Positions 39,406-49,207 of a stretch of 64,000 bases of DNA are shown one piece after another (the first letter of the stretch is position 1; each line of letters opens with the position of its first letter). This DNA is from Opitutia bacterium (GTDB lineage Bacteria; Verrucomicrobiota; Verrucomicrobiia; Opitutales; Opitutaceae). Below the pieces are notes generated by a model, which saw only the letters and a list, made by a program, of their open reading frames with translations, made no database searches and was not told the origin of the DNA. Made by a program: the position numbers and the translations under genes. The stretch lies in the NCBI GenBank assembly GCA_947478395.1, contig CANJVR010000003.1, positions 32,001 to 96,000 on the forward strand. The letters run 5' to 3'.

Positions 39406-42390
39406 TTAGAACTGTTTGCGGAGACCGACGTAGAAGAACCGGCCGGCAGGGCGGGCAATCTGCCCCTGGTCGTACCCAACGCCGTTGTAGTAGAGCGGTG
39501 GCTCCTTGTCGAAGGCGTTGTCCACGCCAAGGGTGAGGCGGGTGTTGTTCAGCCAATCCGAAACGCCGGCGGGCAGATCGTAGGCAAAGTACGCGCCGGT
39601 CGTGTAGTAGCGGGCCACCTCATAACCGTCGCGGTTGAAGTCGCCGTAATGGTTGGTGAAGTTGTGGCTGATGCCGGCGTGGTACTGCTTCAGCTCCCAG
39701 TCAAAGGTGCTGGAGATCTTGTAGCGGGGGTAGCCATCGCGACCGGCAAGGTTGGCGGGCGCCACCGCGGGAGTGCGGGTGAAACCGTAGAACTTCGTGT
39801 AGGTGGCGGTGCTCCGGAGGTTGAAGCGACCGTAGTTGGTGGTCTTCACATTATAGATCAGCTCCAAATCGTAACCCTCGACTTTTTGGTAGGCGAGATT
39901 CACGACGCGATCGAGCAGCGACTGGATGCGGCCGGGGACGGTGACCGTCTGGCCGGGGGCGACCGGAGTGGTGGCTCCATTGGGGCCACTCAGGACGTTG
40001 ATCGAGGCCGCCGTGTTGTTGGTGTAGGTCTCGGTGCCCGGATCGCGGACGACGAGATCGGCCGTGCCGCCGCCCACTTCATTCGAGCGAACGTAGGTGG
40101 TGCCGGTGGTGGTGATGATGTCCTGCTGCTCGATGTGGAAGAACGACGAGCCGACCGACAGGCCTTTCAAGTACTTGAACGGCAGATCGTAGACGAAACC
40201 GTATTGGTAGGTCTTGGCGGTTTCGGGGGTGAGATTCGGATTGCCGCCGGCGCGCACGAGGCGCTGGGTCGCGGCGCCGTCAAATGGATCGCCGGTCAGA
40301 GCCTGCGGACGGCGCAAGTCGGCCAACCCGTTGGGCAAGGACTGGCTTTCGCCACCGAAGAGCTGCGGCAGGGTCGGCGCCCGGAAGGTGCGGCTGAGCG
40401 AGCCACGGAGAAGGAGGTCCTTGATCGGCTGATAACGGAGGCCGAAGTAGGGCTTGATGCCGCTGTTGTAGCCTTCGCTAAAGCTCTCGTAACGGGCGGC
40501 AGCGCTGAGTTCGGCCTTGTAGAGAAGGGGCAGAACGGCGGTCTTCACGAGGGGGATGCGCGTCTCGGCGGCGACGGATTTGACCGTGCGGCGGGATTGC
40601 GTGGCATCGGCGAGGCGGACCTGGCCGATGATGTCGTCGAGGGACGTGGAGATGGCGTCGTTGGCGACGTTGAATTTCTCTTTGCGCGCTTCGGCGTAGA
40701 GCGCGAGGCCGATGGCGCCGGTCGGCAGTTCAAACACTTCGCCGGAGACTTTTCCGTCCCATTCATCCAACGAGGCCGTACCGGCCTTCTGCTGCTGAAC
40801 CCGGAGGCCGTTAAGCGTCGAGGCGGAATTCTTGAAGCCCGGGCCACCGAAGATGTTCAGCGCATCCGGCGTGCTCTTGGCGAGCGACGCGCGGAGGCGG
40901 CTTTCCGACATGGCGTTCGTCGTGACATCGGTGTTCTGGTCGTAGCTGTAGGAGTAGCCTGCGTCCCAATCGAACTTGTTGAAGATGGTACCTTGGGCGC
41001 CGAGGAGGATGCGATAGCTGTCGTCGGTGATGTCGGCCTTGCGGGCGCCGAAGTCATTCGGACGATAGTTGAAGGACACATCGACGCCGAAGGGATTCCA
41101 ATAATTGGTCTTCGGGACAACGATGTTGTTGTCACCCGCGGTCGAGATCGGCGAAGGCGCGAGCTCGATGTGGGATTTCAACTGCTGGTACGAGGTCTCG
41201 GCGTAGAACGCCATCGTCTTCGTCACGTCGTAGCGGAAGGTGTTATAAATACCCGTGCGCTGAACCTCGGGCGTCAGCCAGACCCATTCCTGGAAGTTGT
41301 AGAGGTTGGAAGGGTTGCTCTGTGGCGTGAGGATCTGGGCCACGTAGGTGCTGGCGAGCGAAGCGTTGAACACGCCGCCCGAACCGATCTGGGACGGGTT
41401 GGTGAACGCTGGGGTGGCCGAGGCCAGAGAGCCAGGGACCGTGCCACCGACGCCGGGAAGGCGGGTGATCGCGGCGCCCACGGCCAAGCCGGGGATGTTG
41501 ACGCCGTTGGTGCCGTTGATCTGACCGGCGGCGGGACCCGTGAGGCCGATGCGGGCCTGGGGACCGGTGCCGGAGCGCAGATCGTAGCTGCCGGCGGCGA
41601 CGCCATCGGCATATTGCGCGCCTTTGGCGAGGTAGCGCTTGGAGAGGTCGGCGTTGGAGCCGAACGAGGTGTCAACGCCTTTGACCGCGCCGCGCTCGAA
41701 GAAGCTGATCCCCATCGTCGCACTGGCCTTGCCGGACGCTGCACCAGCAAAGATCGAGAAGGTCTTCTCGCCCGCATCGGTCTTGGTGGAATTGCCGTAC
41801 GTGGAGCTCACTTCGACGCCATTGTAGTCTTTCCGCAGGATGATGTTCACGACACCGGCGGTGGCGTCAGCGCCGTAGATGGCAGAGGCGCCGTCCTTCA
41901 AGATTTCGACGCGCTCGACCATCGAGATGGGGAAGCGGTTGAGATCGACGAAGGTGGTGCCGCCGGAAGCGTTGGCGGTGACAACCGTGCGGCGACCGTT
42001 GACGATCACGAGCGTGTTGTTGGCGCCGAGATTGCGAAGGCTGAGCGCCGTGGAGCCGCGGACGGCGGCCGTGGTGCCACCCTCGTTGATGCCGGTGAGC
42101 GTGGCTTCGGGCATGTCACGAAGAAGATCCGTGAGATTGGTGCGGCCCGAGGTCTCGATTTCCTGACGGGAGATAACCTTGATAGGTGAAGGACCTTCGG
42201 CGTCGGCGCGCTTGATGCGCGAACCCGTAACCTCGTATTTCTCAAGATTCTGGATATCGGACTCCGATTTGGTTACTTCGGTGGATTTGACCACGGGCTT
42301 GTCCTGTGCGGCGAGGGCGCCGACAGCGAAGCCCATGACCAAAACGAGACGCAGGGCGTCGGACGCAGCTTTTTGCAGCGATTGGTTCAT
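39406..42390 (-). CDS. TonB-dependent receptor
   Basis: Signal peptide, EVTGSRI, ERVEILKDGASAIYGADA.AGVVNII, NPNLTPE, GVDNAFDKEPP, C-terminal F. Confidence 0.96.
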   Translation of the reverse strand: MNQSLQKAASDALRLVLVMGFAVGALAAQDKPVVKSTEVTKSESDIQNLEKYEVTGSRIKRADAEGPSPIKVISRQEIETSGRTNLTDLLRDMPEATLTGINEGGTTAAVRGSTALSLRNLGANNTLVIVNGRRTVVTANASGGTTFVDLNRFPISMVERVEILKDGASAIYGADATAGVVNIILRKDYNGVEVSSTYGNSTKTDAGEKTFSIFAGAASGKASATMGISFFERGAVKGVDTSFGSNADLSKRYLAKGAQYADGVAAGSYDLRSGTGPQARIGLTGPAAGQINGTNGVNIPGLAVGAAITRLPGVGGTVPGSLASATPAFTNPSQIGSGGVFNASLASTYVAQILTPQSNPSNLYNFQEWVWLTPEVQRTGIYNTFRYDVTKTMAFYAETSYQQLKSHIELAPSPISTAGDNNIVVPKTNYWNPFGVDVSFNYRPNDFGARKADITDDSYRILLGAQGTIFNKFDWDAGYSYSYDQNTDVTTNAMSESRLRASLAKSTPDALNIFGGPGFKNSASTLNGLRVQQQKAGTASLDEWDGKVSGEVFELPTGAIGLALYAEARKEKFNVANDAISTSLDDIIGQVRLADATQSRRTVKSVAAETRIPLVKTAVLPLLYKAELSAAARYESFSEGYNSGIKPYFGLRYQPIKDLLLRGSLSRTFRAPTLPQLFGGESQSLPNGLADLRRPQALTGDPFDGAATQRLVRAGGNPNLTPETAKTYQYGFVYDLPFKYLKGLSVGSSFFHIEQQDIITTTGTTYVRSNEVGGGTADLVVRDPGTETYTNNTAASINVLSGPNGATTPVAPGQTVTVPGRIQSLLDRVVNLAYQKVEGYDLELIYNVKTTNYGRFNLRSTATYTKFYGFTRTPAVAPANLAGRDGYPRYKISSTFDWELKQYHAGISHNFTNHYGDFNRDGYEVARYYTTGAYFAYDLPAGVSDWLNNTRLTLGVDNAFDKEPPLYYNGVGYDQGQIARPAGRFFYVGLRKQF

Positions 42391-42501
42391 AGCTAGTTTA
42401 GGTTGTGGGTTAGGCTCAGCATGAAACTCCCGCCGAGCAGCTTTAGTTTTTAACCAGCAAAAAATTGGTGGCATGTGTGTCATAATCAATCCCGAATTCA
42501 C

Positions 42502-42523
42502 CTGTCTTTAACCTGTCCGTAAC
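42502..42523 (+). promoter_or_regulatory. 11-bp-spaced direct repeat CTGTCTTTAAC/CTGTCCGTAAC (Pho-box/OmpR-family-like)
   Basis: Direct repeat in the divergent TBDR/peptidase intergenic region. Confidence 0.35.
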
Positions 42524-42582
42524 GTGCCTTTCCGAAAGTTGACTCCTCGGACAAACCTAGCTGAGTGCCATTAAACCCACCC

Positions 42583-44685
42583 ATGAAGACTCAATTCGCC
42601 CGCCTGCTGCTGACTCTGATCGTCACTGCACTGACCGGCCTCCCGCGTCTCATCCAAGCCGCGCCCGCACCGCTCATTCCACTCGAAATCCTGTTCGCCG
42701 ATCCCGACATGCAGGCGATCACCCTATCACCGACCGGCCGCTATCTCACTTGGCTGGCCCCGAAAAATCAGCGCATTAACCTCGCGATTATGGATCGTGA
42801 AACGAAGCAGGTCCGCTGGCTCACCAACATGAAGGAAGAAAGCGTCGTCGCCTACCAGTGGGCCAAAAAAGACCGGATCCTGTTTTCCCAACAATTCGCC
42901 GGTCGTGAGGTATACGGCATGTTCGCGTGCGATCCCGACGGCGGGAATCTGCTCGTGATCAACAAACTCGAGCGCATCGAGGCCACGCCCGACGGCGCCG
43001 GCGAGGGCGAACCGCCCGGCAGCGAGCGCGATCTGGTCAAATCGCTGGTCAACCTCATGCCGAGTGACCCCGACCACATTCTCATGAACCGCGTCCGCGG
43101 GCTGTCCTTCCTTGGCGACCTCGTGAAAGTCAACATTCGCACCGGCAAGGAATCGATCGAGGAGCGCAATTACATCGGCGCCCGCACGTGGATCGCCGAC
43201 CGCAACGGCGTGGTGCGCGTCGCCATCTGCACCGATTTTGAGGAGCCCGTGCGCGTGAAATACCGGTCTGATGCGAAGAGCGAGTGGCGCACCATCGGGG
43301 AATTCAGCAAGGAAACTTCTATCTTTCTTGAAGAAGCCGCACCCATCGAACCGCACTGGCGTCCCAGCGTGTTCGCCAAAGACAACCGCACGCTATTCGT
43401 GAAAACTTTCATGGAGCACGACAAGTCGGCCCTGCGCACGCTCGATCCCGAGACTGGCACGTGGGGCCCCATCCTATTTACCCACCCCCGCGTCGAACTG
43501 GGCGACCGCCTCGGCAACTACCGCCGCGGCGGCATTTCGTCCCGCGCCGCGCTTGACGGTTTGATTTTCAACAACAGCGGCGAACTCGCGGGCGTCGCCT
43601 ACGACGACGAATATCCCGAGGTCGAATGGCTCGACCCCAAGATGGCCAAACTCGCGCATGACCTAGACACCGCACTCCCGGGCACGCGCAACGCCATTGT
43701 CAGCACCACGAGCGACGGCAATCTCATGGTTGTGCGCGCCGCCAGCGAACGCGACCCGGGCACGTTCTACCTTTACGATGCAGCCAAACAGGAGCTGAGC
43801 GAAATCGGCCAGGCGCGAAAAGGAATCAATCCAAAGCAAATGGCCGAAATGCGCCCCATCCGCTTCAAGGCCCGCGACGGACTCGAAATCCCCGGCTACC
43901 TCACCGTGCCTGCCGGCCGGGAAGCGAAGAATCTGCCGATGATTCTTGTGCCGCATGGCGGCCCGTTTGGTCCGCGCGACACGTGGGCCTACAGCGACCA
44001 GATTCAATACCTCGCCAACCGCGGCTACGCGGTCCTCCAGGTGAATTACCGCGGCAGCGGCGGCTACGGCCTCGCGTTTCAGCTCGGCGGCTACAAGCAA
44101 TGGGGCCGGAAAATGCAGGACGATCTGAGCGATGGCGTGAAATGGTGCATCGCGGAAGGCATCGCCGACGCCAATCACGTCGGTATCTTCGGCGCAAGCT
44201 ACGGCGGCTACGCCGTGCTCGCCGGCCTCACCCTCACCCCCGAGCTCTACTGCTGCGGCGTGGACTACGTGGGCGTGGCCGATCTCGAACTGCGCCAGGG
44301 CGCGAACACATTCTCGCCACCGCGCATCATCCGCGAAGGCGCCGCCATCCGTGACCTTGATCCATTAAGAGACGCCGCCATCATTCGCGCCACGAGCCCC
44401 GCCGCCCACGTGCAAAACGTCCGCGCGCCGCTCTTCGCGGCGTACGGGAAGAATGACCCGCGCGTACGTTTCGAGCAATGGCAGGTGCTCGAATCACGAC
44501 TCAAGCAGTACGGCAAAACCTACGAAGTCATGATCGCTGAAAACGAGGGCCACGGTTTCCGTAAACTGGAGAACAAACTGGAATTCTACCGCCGCGTGGA
44601 GGACTTCCTCGCGCGCAACATGACCACCAAGGAAGGCAGCGTTAAAATCGGCGCACCGGTGATTGTGCACGATAAAACCAAGTAG
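42583..44685 (+). CDS. Secreted S9 family (prolyl oligopeptidase/dipeptidyl aminopeptidase-like) peptidase
   Basis: Signal peptide; PHGGP, QVNYRGSGGYG, GASYGG, NDPRV, EGHGF. Confidence 0.95.
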   Translation: MKTQFARLLLTLIVTALTGLPRLIQAAPAPLIPLEILFADPDMQAITLSPTGRYLTWLAPKNQRINLAIMDRETKQVRWLTNMKEESVVAYQWAKKDRILFSQQFAGREVYGMFACDPDGGNLLVINKLERIEATPDGAGEGEPPGSERDLVKSLVNLMPSDPDHILMNRVRGLSFLGDLVKVNIRTGKESIEERNYIGARTWIADRNGVVRVAICTDFEEPVRVKYRSDAKSEWRTIGEFSKETSIFLEEAAPIEPHWRPSVFAKDNRTLFVKTFMEHDKSALRTLDPETGTWGPILFTHPRVELGDRLGNYRRGGISSRAALDGLIFNNSGELAGVAYDDEYPEVEWLDPKMAKLAHDLDTALPGTRNAIVSTTSDGNLMVVRAASERDPGTFYLYDAAKQELSEIGQARKGINPKQMAEMRPIRFKARDGLEIPGYLTVPAGREAKNLPMILVPHGGPFGPRDTWAYSDQIQYLANRGYAVLQVNYRGSGGYGLAFQLGGYKQWGRKMQDDLSDGVKWCIAEGIADANHVGIFGASYGGYAVLAGLTLTPELYCCGVDYVGVADLELRQGANTFSPPRIIREGAAIRDLDPLRDAAIIRATSPAAHVQNVRAPLFAAYGKNDPRVRFEQWQVLESRLKQYGKTYEVMIAENEGHGFRKLENKLEFYRRVEDFLARNMTTKEGSVKIGAPVIVHDKTK

Positions 44686-44861
44686 AGTCCTCCCTCACCA
44701 TTGGGCGCCGCGGCGGCGAGATCAGGGTCAAAAACCTGATTTCTGCGGTGCGGTCATTTTGATTCCACCTAGCAATTACAAGAGCCACCCATGCACTGCA
44801 CCGCGGTTCACCAGTTTGGTTTTCCACTCACCCGCCGAGTCGCCACCGGCGGCATGTCCGC

Positions 44862-45866
44862 ATGAAAGAGCTAGCGGCAGTCCTGCGTGACCTCGTCCGT
44901 GAAGGGCGCGCACCCGGGGTGCTCGCCACGCTCGTGTCAGTCGCCGGATCGTCCTACCGCCGCCCCGGCGCACGCCTGCTGCTCACTGCAGAGGGCCGGC
45001 GCCTCGGCTCAATCAGCGGCGGCTGCCTCGAGGAAGACGTTCTCGTTCGCGCCCAACGCGTCGCCGTCACCGGCCAGGGCGAACTCATCACCTATGATAC
45101 TTCGGCCGAAAACGACCTAGTCTGGGGGGTGGGTCTCGGTTGTCACGGTGTCGTGCAGATCCTCCTCGAAAGGCTGCCGCAAAAACCAACGTGGCTCGAA
45201 GTGTTGTCCGCCAATCTCGCCCTGCGACGCCCAACTCCGCTGGCCGTGGTTTGGCGCGCCGCCGATCCCGCCGCACTCGGGACCCACCTTGCAGCCGAAT
45301 TGACATCGGCCGCCAAACCTTCGCCCGACTCCACGGCGGAGATTTTTTTTGACACCATCGCTCCGCCGCCCGCCCTCACCATTTTCGGCGCCGGCGACGA
45401 CGCCATGCCTCTGTCGCGTTTGGTGAAAGAACTCGGCTGGCACCTCACGATCGCCGACCCACGCGCCGCGTTCGCGACGAGCGACCGCTTTCCGCTGGCG
45501 GATAAAATCATCGTTGCCCCGGCAAACGAACTCGTGGGCCGCGCGCCGTTGGATTCCGAGAGCCTCGCCGTGGTGATGACTCACCATTACGTTCACGACC
45601 GTCCGATTCTGGCGGAATTGCTGCAACGTCCCCTCGCCTACGCCGGCCTGCTTGGTCCCAGAAAACGCGCAGGGCAAATTCTCGATGACCTCGGTCATTC
45701 CATTTCCGCGGACCAACGCGCCCGCCTGCACGCCCCCGTTGGCCTAGATCTTGGCGCGGAAACTCCCGAGGAGGTGGCACTGAGCATTCTCGCCGAGATG
45801 TGCTCCGTCCTTCGTCAACGCGACGGTCGCCCCCTCCGCGAGAGAATGCGTCCGATCCATGACTAA
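44862..45866 (+). CDS. XdhC/CoxI family molybdenum cofactor insertion chaperone
   Basis: GSSYRRPGA, GSISGGCLE, GLGCHG, VMTH, HAPVGLDLGAETPEEVALSI. Confidence 0.93.
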   Translation: MKELAAVLRDLVREGRAPGVLATLVSVAGSSYRRPGARLLLTAEGRRLGSISGGCLEEDVLVRAQRVAVTGQGELITYDTSAENDLVWGVGLGCHGVVQILLERLPQKPTWLEVLSANLALRRPTPLAVVWRAADPAALGTHLAAELTSAAKPSPDSTAEIFFDTIAPPPALTIFGAGDDAMPLSRLVKELGWHLTIADPRAAFATSDRFPLADKIIVAPANELVGRAPLDSESLAVVMTHHYVHDRPILAELLQRPLAYAGLLGPRKRAGQILDDLGHSISADQRARLHAPVGLDLGAETPEEVALSILAEMCSVLRQRDGRPLRERMRPIHD

Positions 45867-46470
45867 CCTCACTCCGAGGCCCTCACTTCGTTTCGGCGCG
45901 ATCATCCTCGCGGCTGGCGCATCGACCCGGATGGGCGAGCCCAAGCAGCTGCTACCGCTGGACGGAAAGCCACTCGTGGTGCGTGCAGCCGAAATTGCAC
46001 TGGCTGCCTCCGCCTGGCCGGTGGTGGTGGTGTTGGGCGCCCACGCCGAAAAAATTCGGCCCACGCTCGCCCGCCTGCCGGTCCTGATCGCCGAAAATCC
46101 CGCGTGGCCCGAGGGCATGGCAGCGTCGATTCGGGTCGGCATTACGACCCTGCAACAATTTTCCCGCACGCTTGATGCCGCCCTGATCGCGCTCTGCGAC
46201 CAGCCGGCCTTCACCTCCGCAGTGATTGGCCAACTCCTCGCGGCGCAACGTTCCACGGGGCGAACCATCGTGGCGGCCCGCTATTCCGGACGGCACGGAG
46301 CGCCGGCGCTACTGTTGCGTGACCATTTTCCTGCGCTGACTGCACTCACGGGAGAATCAGGCGCGCGCGATCTACTCAATGATCCATCCGGCCAGGTGAC
46401 TTCGGTCGAACTGCCCGCGCTCGCCCAGGATCTCGATACACCCGCTGATTACGCGGCCCTGAAAAAGTGA
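45859..46470 (+). CDS. Molybdenum cofactor cytidylyltransferase (MocA-like)
   Basis: ILAAGASTRMGEPKQLL, GMAASI, LCDQP, DLDTPADY. Confidence 0.9.
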   Translation: MTNLTPRPSLRFGAIILAAGASTRMGEPKQLLPLDGKPLVVRAAEIALAASAWPVVVVLGAHAEKIRPTLARLPVLIAENPAWPEGMAASIRVGITTLQQFSRTLDAALIALCDQPAFTSAVIGQLLAAQRSTGRTIVAARYSGRHGAPALLLRDHFPALTALTGESGARDLLNDPSGQVTSVELPALAQDLDTPADYAALKK

Positions 46471-46530
46471 ATACAGACCGGGTGAGAGCGGGCCGCCCGT
46501 GACGCCATCGGCTTAAATTCCATTCCGCCC

Positions 46531-47199
46531 ATGACCTTGCTCGATCTTTCCCAGCCTCTCTTCGACAACGCGCCCAATTGTCCGGTGCATCCGCCCGTCT
46601 CGTTTCGCCGCACGGCGGACCACCCCTCGGACGGCTGGCGAATGGAGGAAATCGCGATGGCCACGCACACGGGCAGCCATCTCGATGCCCCGCTCCACAA
46701 AATCGCCGGTGGTGCCAGCATCTCAGATCTGCCGTTGTCCACTTTTGTGGGCCCGGCCCGGATCGCCGATCTTCGCGGGTTGGCTCCGGATACACCCATC
46801 ACGCCGGAATTGCTTGCCCCCCGTTTGCCCGGGCTCGCCGTGAACGATATTGTCCTTCTCGCCACCGGATGGGGAGACCGTCGCGCCAAGACCGAGGAGT
46901 GGCTGCACCATCCACCTTTTTTGCATCCCACGGGGGCCCGGTGGTTGGTGGAGCAACGCGTGCGTGGCGTGGGCATCGATCACTATTCGATCGGCAGCCT
47001 TGGCCCGCTGAACGACGAGACCCATACGCTTCTGCTCGGCGCCGGGGTGTGGATCGTCGAGGAGCTGAAGTTTCCGGCCGCCGCCTTCACCCTTCCGCAA
47101 CCCGTGAAATTCTGGGCGCTGCCCCTCAACTGGCCCGGATGTTCCGGCGCGTTTTGTCGGCCAGTGATCGAAGTGAGTGAAGCGATTACCCGCGGTTAG
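46531..47199 (+). CDS. Cyclase/kynurenine formamidase family metal hydrolase
   Basis: HTGSHLDAPLH, VGIDHYS, IVEEL. Confidence 0.9.
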   Translation: MTLLDLSQPLFDNAPNCPVHPPVSFRRTADHPSDGWRMEEIAMATHTGSHLDAPLHKIAGGASISDLPLSTFVGPARIADLRGLAPDTPITPELLAPRLPGLAVNDIVLLATGWGDRRAKTEEWLHHPPFLHPTGARWLVEQRVRGVGIDHYSIGSLGPLNDETHTLLLGAGVWIVEELKFPAAAFTLPQPVKFWALPLNWPGCSGAFCRPVIEVSEAITRG

Positions 47200-47239
47200 C
47201 GGTGAGAGCGGTTTCACCCAAGGCGTCACCGCTGACGAA

Positions 47240-47300
47240 GTAGCGGCAGGCAGGGACGCCGGTCGCGACCCAAAACGGCCCCGGAAACATAAACCGCCCG
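47240..47300. repeat. REP-like family D (GTAGCGGCAGGC…) with shared tail
   Basis: Tail CCAAAACGGCC.CGGAAA…TAAACCGC also follows the copy at 49208. Confidence 0.55.
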
Positions 47301-47404
47301 CATGCGGCTAAAAAGCGTCGCCCCCTTTCGGTTCGCGGCGGAAGCCTGCGCCACAGCCGCACTCAGAACTTGCGCGGTGCGGGGGAACGTTTCCCTTCTC
47401 CCGC

Positions 47405-47833
47405 ATGAAAGTGTCGTTCACGGCCAAGGAATATACCCGCGTGCTCGAATTGACTCAGATGGGTCTGTGGGTCGCCGCGAAGGCGACGGATCGCTATGCG
47501 GAGGTCGAACAGACGTTGCTCGCGTTCGCCACTCCGCTCGGATGCGCGGATTTGGTCGAAGGGGACGAGGGCGACTTGAGGCCGTCCGAAAAATTGGAAA
47601 CCGGAACCATCGCGAAAAAAATAATGGAGTTTAGCGAAGACGTTTTCTGGCGCGAGTTAGTCGAACGCTTAGCCGAACGAGACCTCCGCGGCGAACTCGG
47701 TCCGACGAAACTCACGGACGAACTGAGCGCCAAAGAAACCCAGCGGCTGGAGGAAATCGAAGAGGGCTATTGGCGGGATTTCGAAGCCCACGGCACCGAT
47801 CACTTGGTCCTGTTAAAGGGCGGGCGGGGCTGA
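47405..47833 (+). CDS. Hypothetical acidic protein
   Basis: 142-aa ORF with protein-like composition filling the intergenic gap. Confidence 0.7.
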   Translation: MKVSFTAKEYTRVLELTQMGLWVAAKATDRYAEVEQTLLAFATPLGCADLVEGDEGDLRPSEKLETGTIAKKIMEFSEDVFWRELVERLAERDLRGELGPTKLTDELSAKETQRLEEIEEGYWRDFEAHGTDHLVLLKGGRG

Positions 47834-47859
47834 GAACGGAGATCGGCGCTAGTCCCAAC

Positions 47860-48030
47860 CGGGCTTTTGCGACCCGAGAAATCCCGCGCTGGAAACCGCC
47901 CCAGATTCCACGCACCCACTCGCCCCATGAGACCATTCGGAACGCGCCGCGCGCACATCAAATCGAAGCTCAACCTTGGAAACACCATGCAGCTCGCGCG
48001 ATGCTGCATCCGCTGGGTCGAGGACGCTTC
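47860..48030 (+). pseudogene. Frameshifted remnant of a LuxR/NarL-type HTH domain
   Basis: One frame reads FATREI…SPHETI; the next reads GTRRAHIKSKLNLGNTMQLARCCIRWVE. Confidence 0.55.
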
Positions 48031-48222
48031 AGACGCCGCCCCCGCGGATCGTCCGATCGGAGCGAGTGACAGCGACCGCCGATCAATCGCGCGTTCGCCC
48101 CGGCCACGCTCGATCCGGAAGTCAACGGCCGCCAGATCACTTGGGTTAAACTCCGGCGATGATGTTTGGAATTTTTCGATTTTATTCGTGCCCTTGCCGG
48201 CCTTTCCCGCCCAATTTCCGCC

Positions 48223-49170
48223 ATGTCCGCTGCCATCGCCCGCCCCGCTCTCATCGTCGCCGACCGCTGGCGCGACTACCAGGTGCTGGAATGCGGCGAC
48301 GGATTAAAACAGGAGCGCTGGGGCGCGTATACTCTCGTCCGACCCGATCCACAGATCATCTGGCCGAGGCATCGTTCGACCACGCTCACCACGGGTGGCG
48401 CGAAGTGGGAGAACTGGGACGGCTTCTACCACCGCAGCGACCAAGGCGGTGGTCGTTGGGAATTTCGCCGCCCCCTGCCCGATCATTGGAAGATCGCCTA
48501 CGAGTCGCTCGGCCTGACTTTTCGCATTCATCCCACCAGCTTCAAACACACCGGGCTTTTCCCCGAGCAGGCGGTTAACTGGGAGTGGTTCAGCGCGAAG
48601 ATCAAAGCCGCGCGCGCGGGCTCCGGTGAACCCCATCAAACCGCCGGCCGGCCGATCAGTGTCCTCAATCTTTTCGGTTACACGGGCGCGGCCACCTGCG
48701 CCGCCGCCAAGGCCGGCGCGAGCGTTGTCCACGTCGATGCCGCTGAGGGCATGGTCAAATGGTGCAAGGAAAACGCCGCGCTCAGCGGGCTGGCCGACGC
48801 ACCGATCAGGTACTTGGTGGACGACTGCCTGAAATTCGCGCGGCGCGAACAAAAGCGCGGGCGAAAATACGACGCCATCATCATGGATCCGCCCACCTAC
48901 GGCCGCGGGTCGACCGGCGAAATGTGGAAACTCGAGGAGCACCTCTGGGAACTCCTCACCGAGTGCCGCGCCCTGCTCAGTGAGCAACCGCTGTTCTTTC
49001 TGATCAACGCTTACACCGCGCGGCTTTCCCCCACCGTTGTCGCCAATCTCCTCGCCGAGCTCATGGACGGACGCGGCGGCACGATCACCGCCGGCGAAGT
49101 CGGCCTGCCGATTCAAGGCGACGGCAAAGTTCTCCCCTGCGGGATCTACGGCCGCTGGGAAACCGGCTAG
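48223..49170 (+). CDS. Class I SAM-dependent methyltransferase (RlmI/RlmK-like)
   Basis: HTGLFPEQ, VLNLFGYTG, VHVDA, IIMDPPTYG. Confidence 0.9.
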   Translation: MSAAIARPALIVADRWRDYQVLECGDGLKQERWGAYTLVRPDPQIIWPRHRSTTLTTGGAKWENWDGFYHRSDQGGGRWEFRRPLPDHWKIAYESLGLTFRIHPTSFKHTGLFPEQAVNWEWFSAKIKAARAGSGEPHQTAGRPISVLNLFGYTGAATCAAAKAGASVVHVDAAEGMVKWCKENAALSGLADAPIRYLVDDCLKFARREQKRGRKYDAIIMDPPTYGRGSTGEMWKLEEHLWELLTECRALLSEQPLFFLINAYTARLSPTVVANLLAELMDGRGGTITAGEVGLPIQGDGKVLPCGIYGRWETG

Positions 49171-49207
49171 AACGGCTTAACGAAAAGCGGAGCCGCTAAC
49201 GACGTTT

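Noticed and set aside
39649..42189. 846-aa plus-strand ORF antisense to the TonB-dependent receptor
   Set aside because: Shadow ORF produced by strong codon bias of the real gene; no motifs
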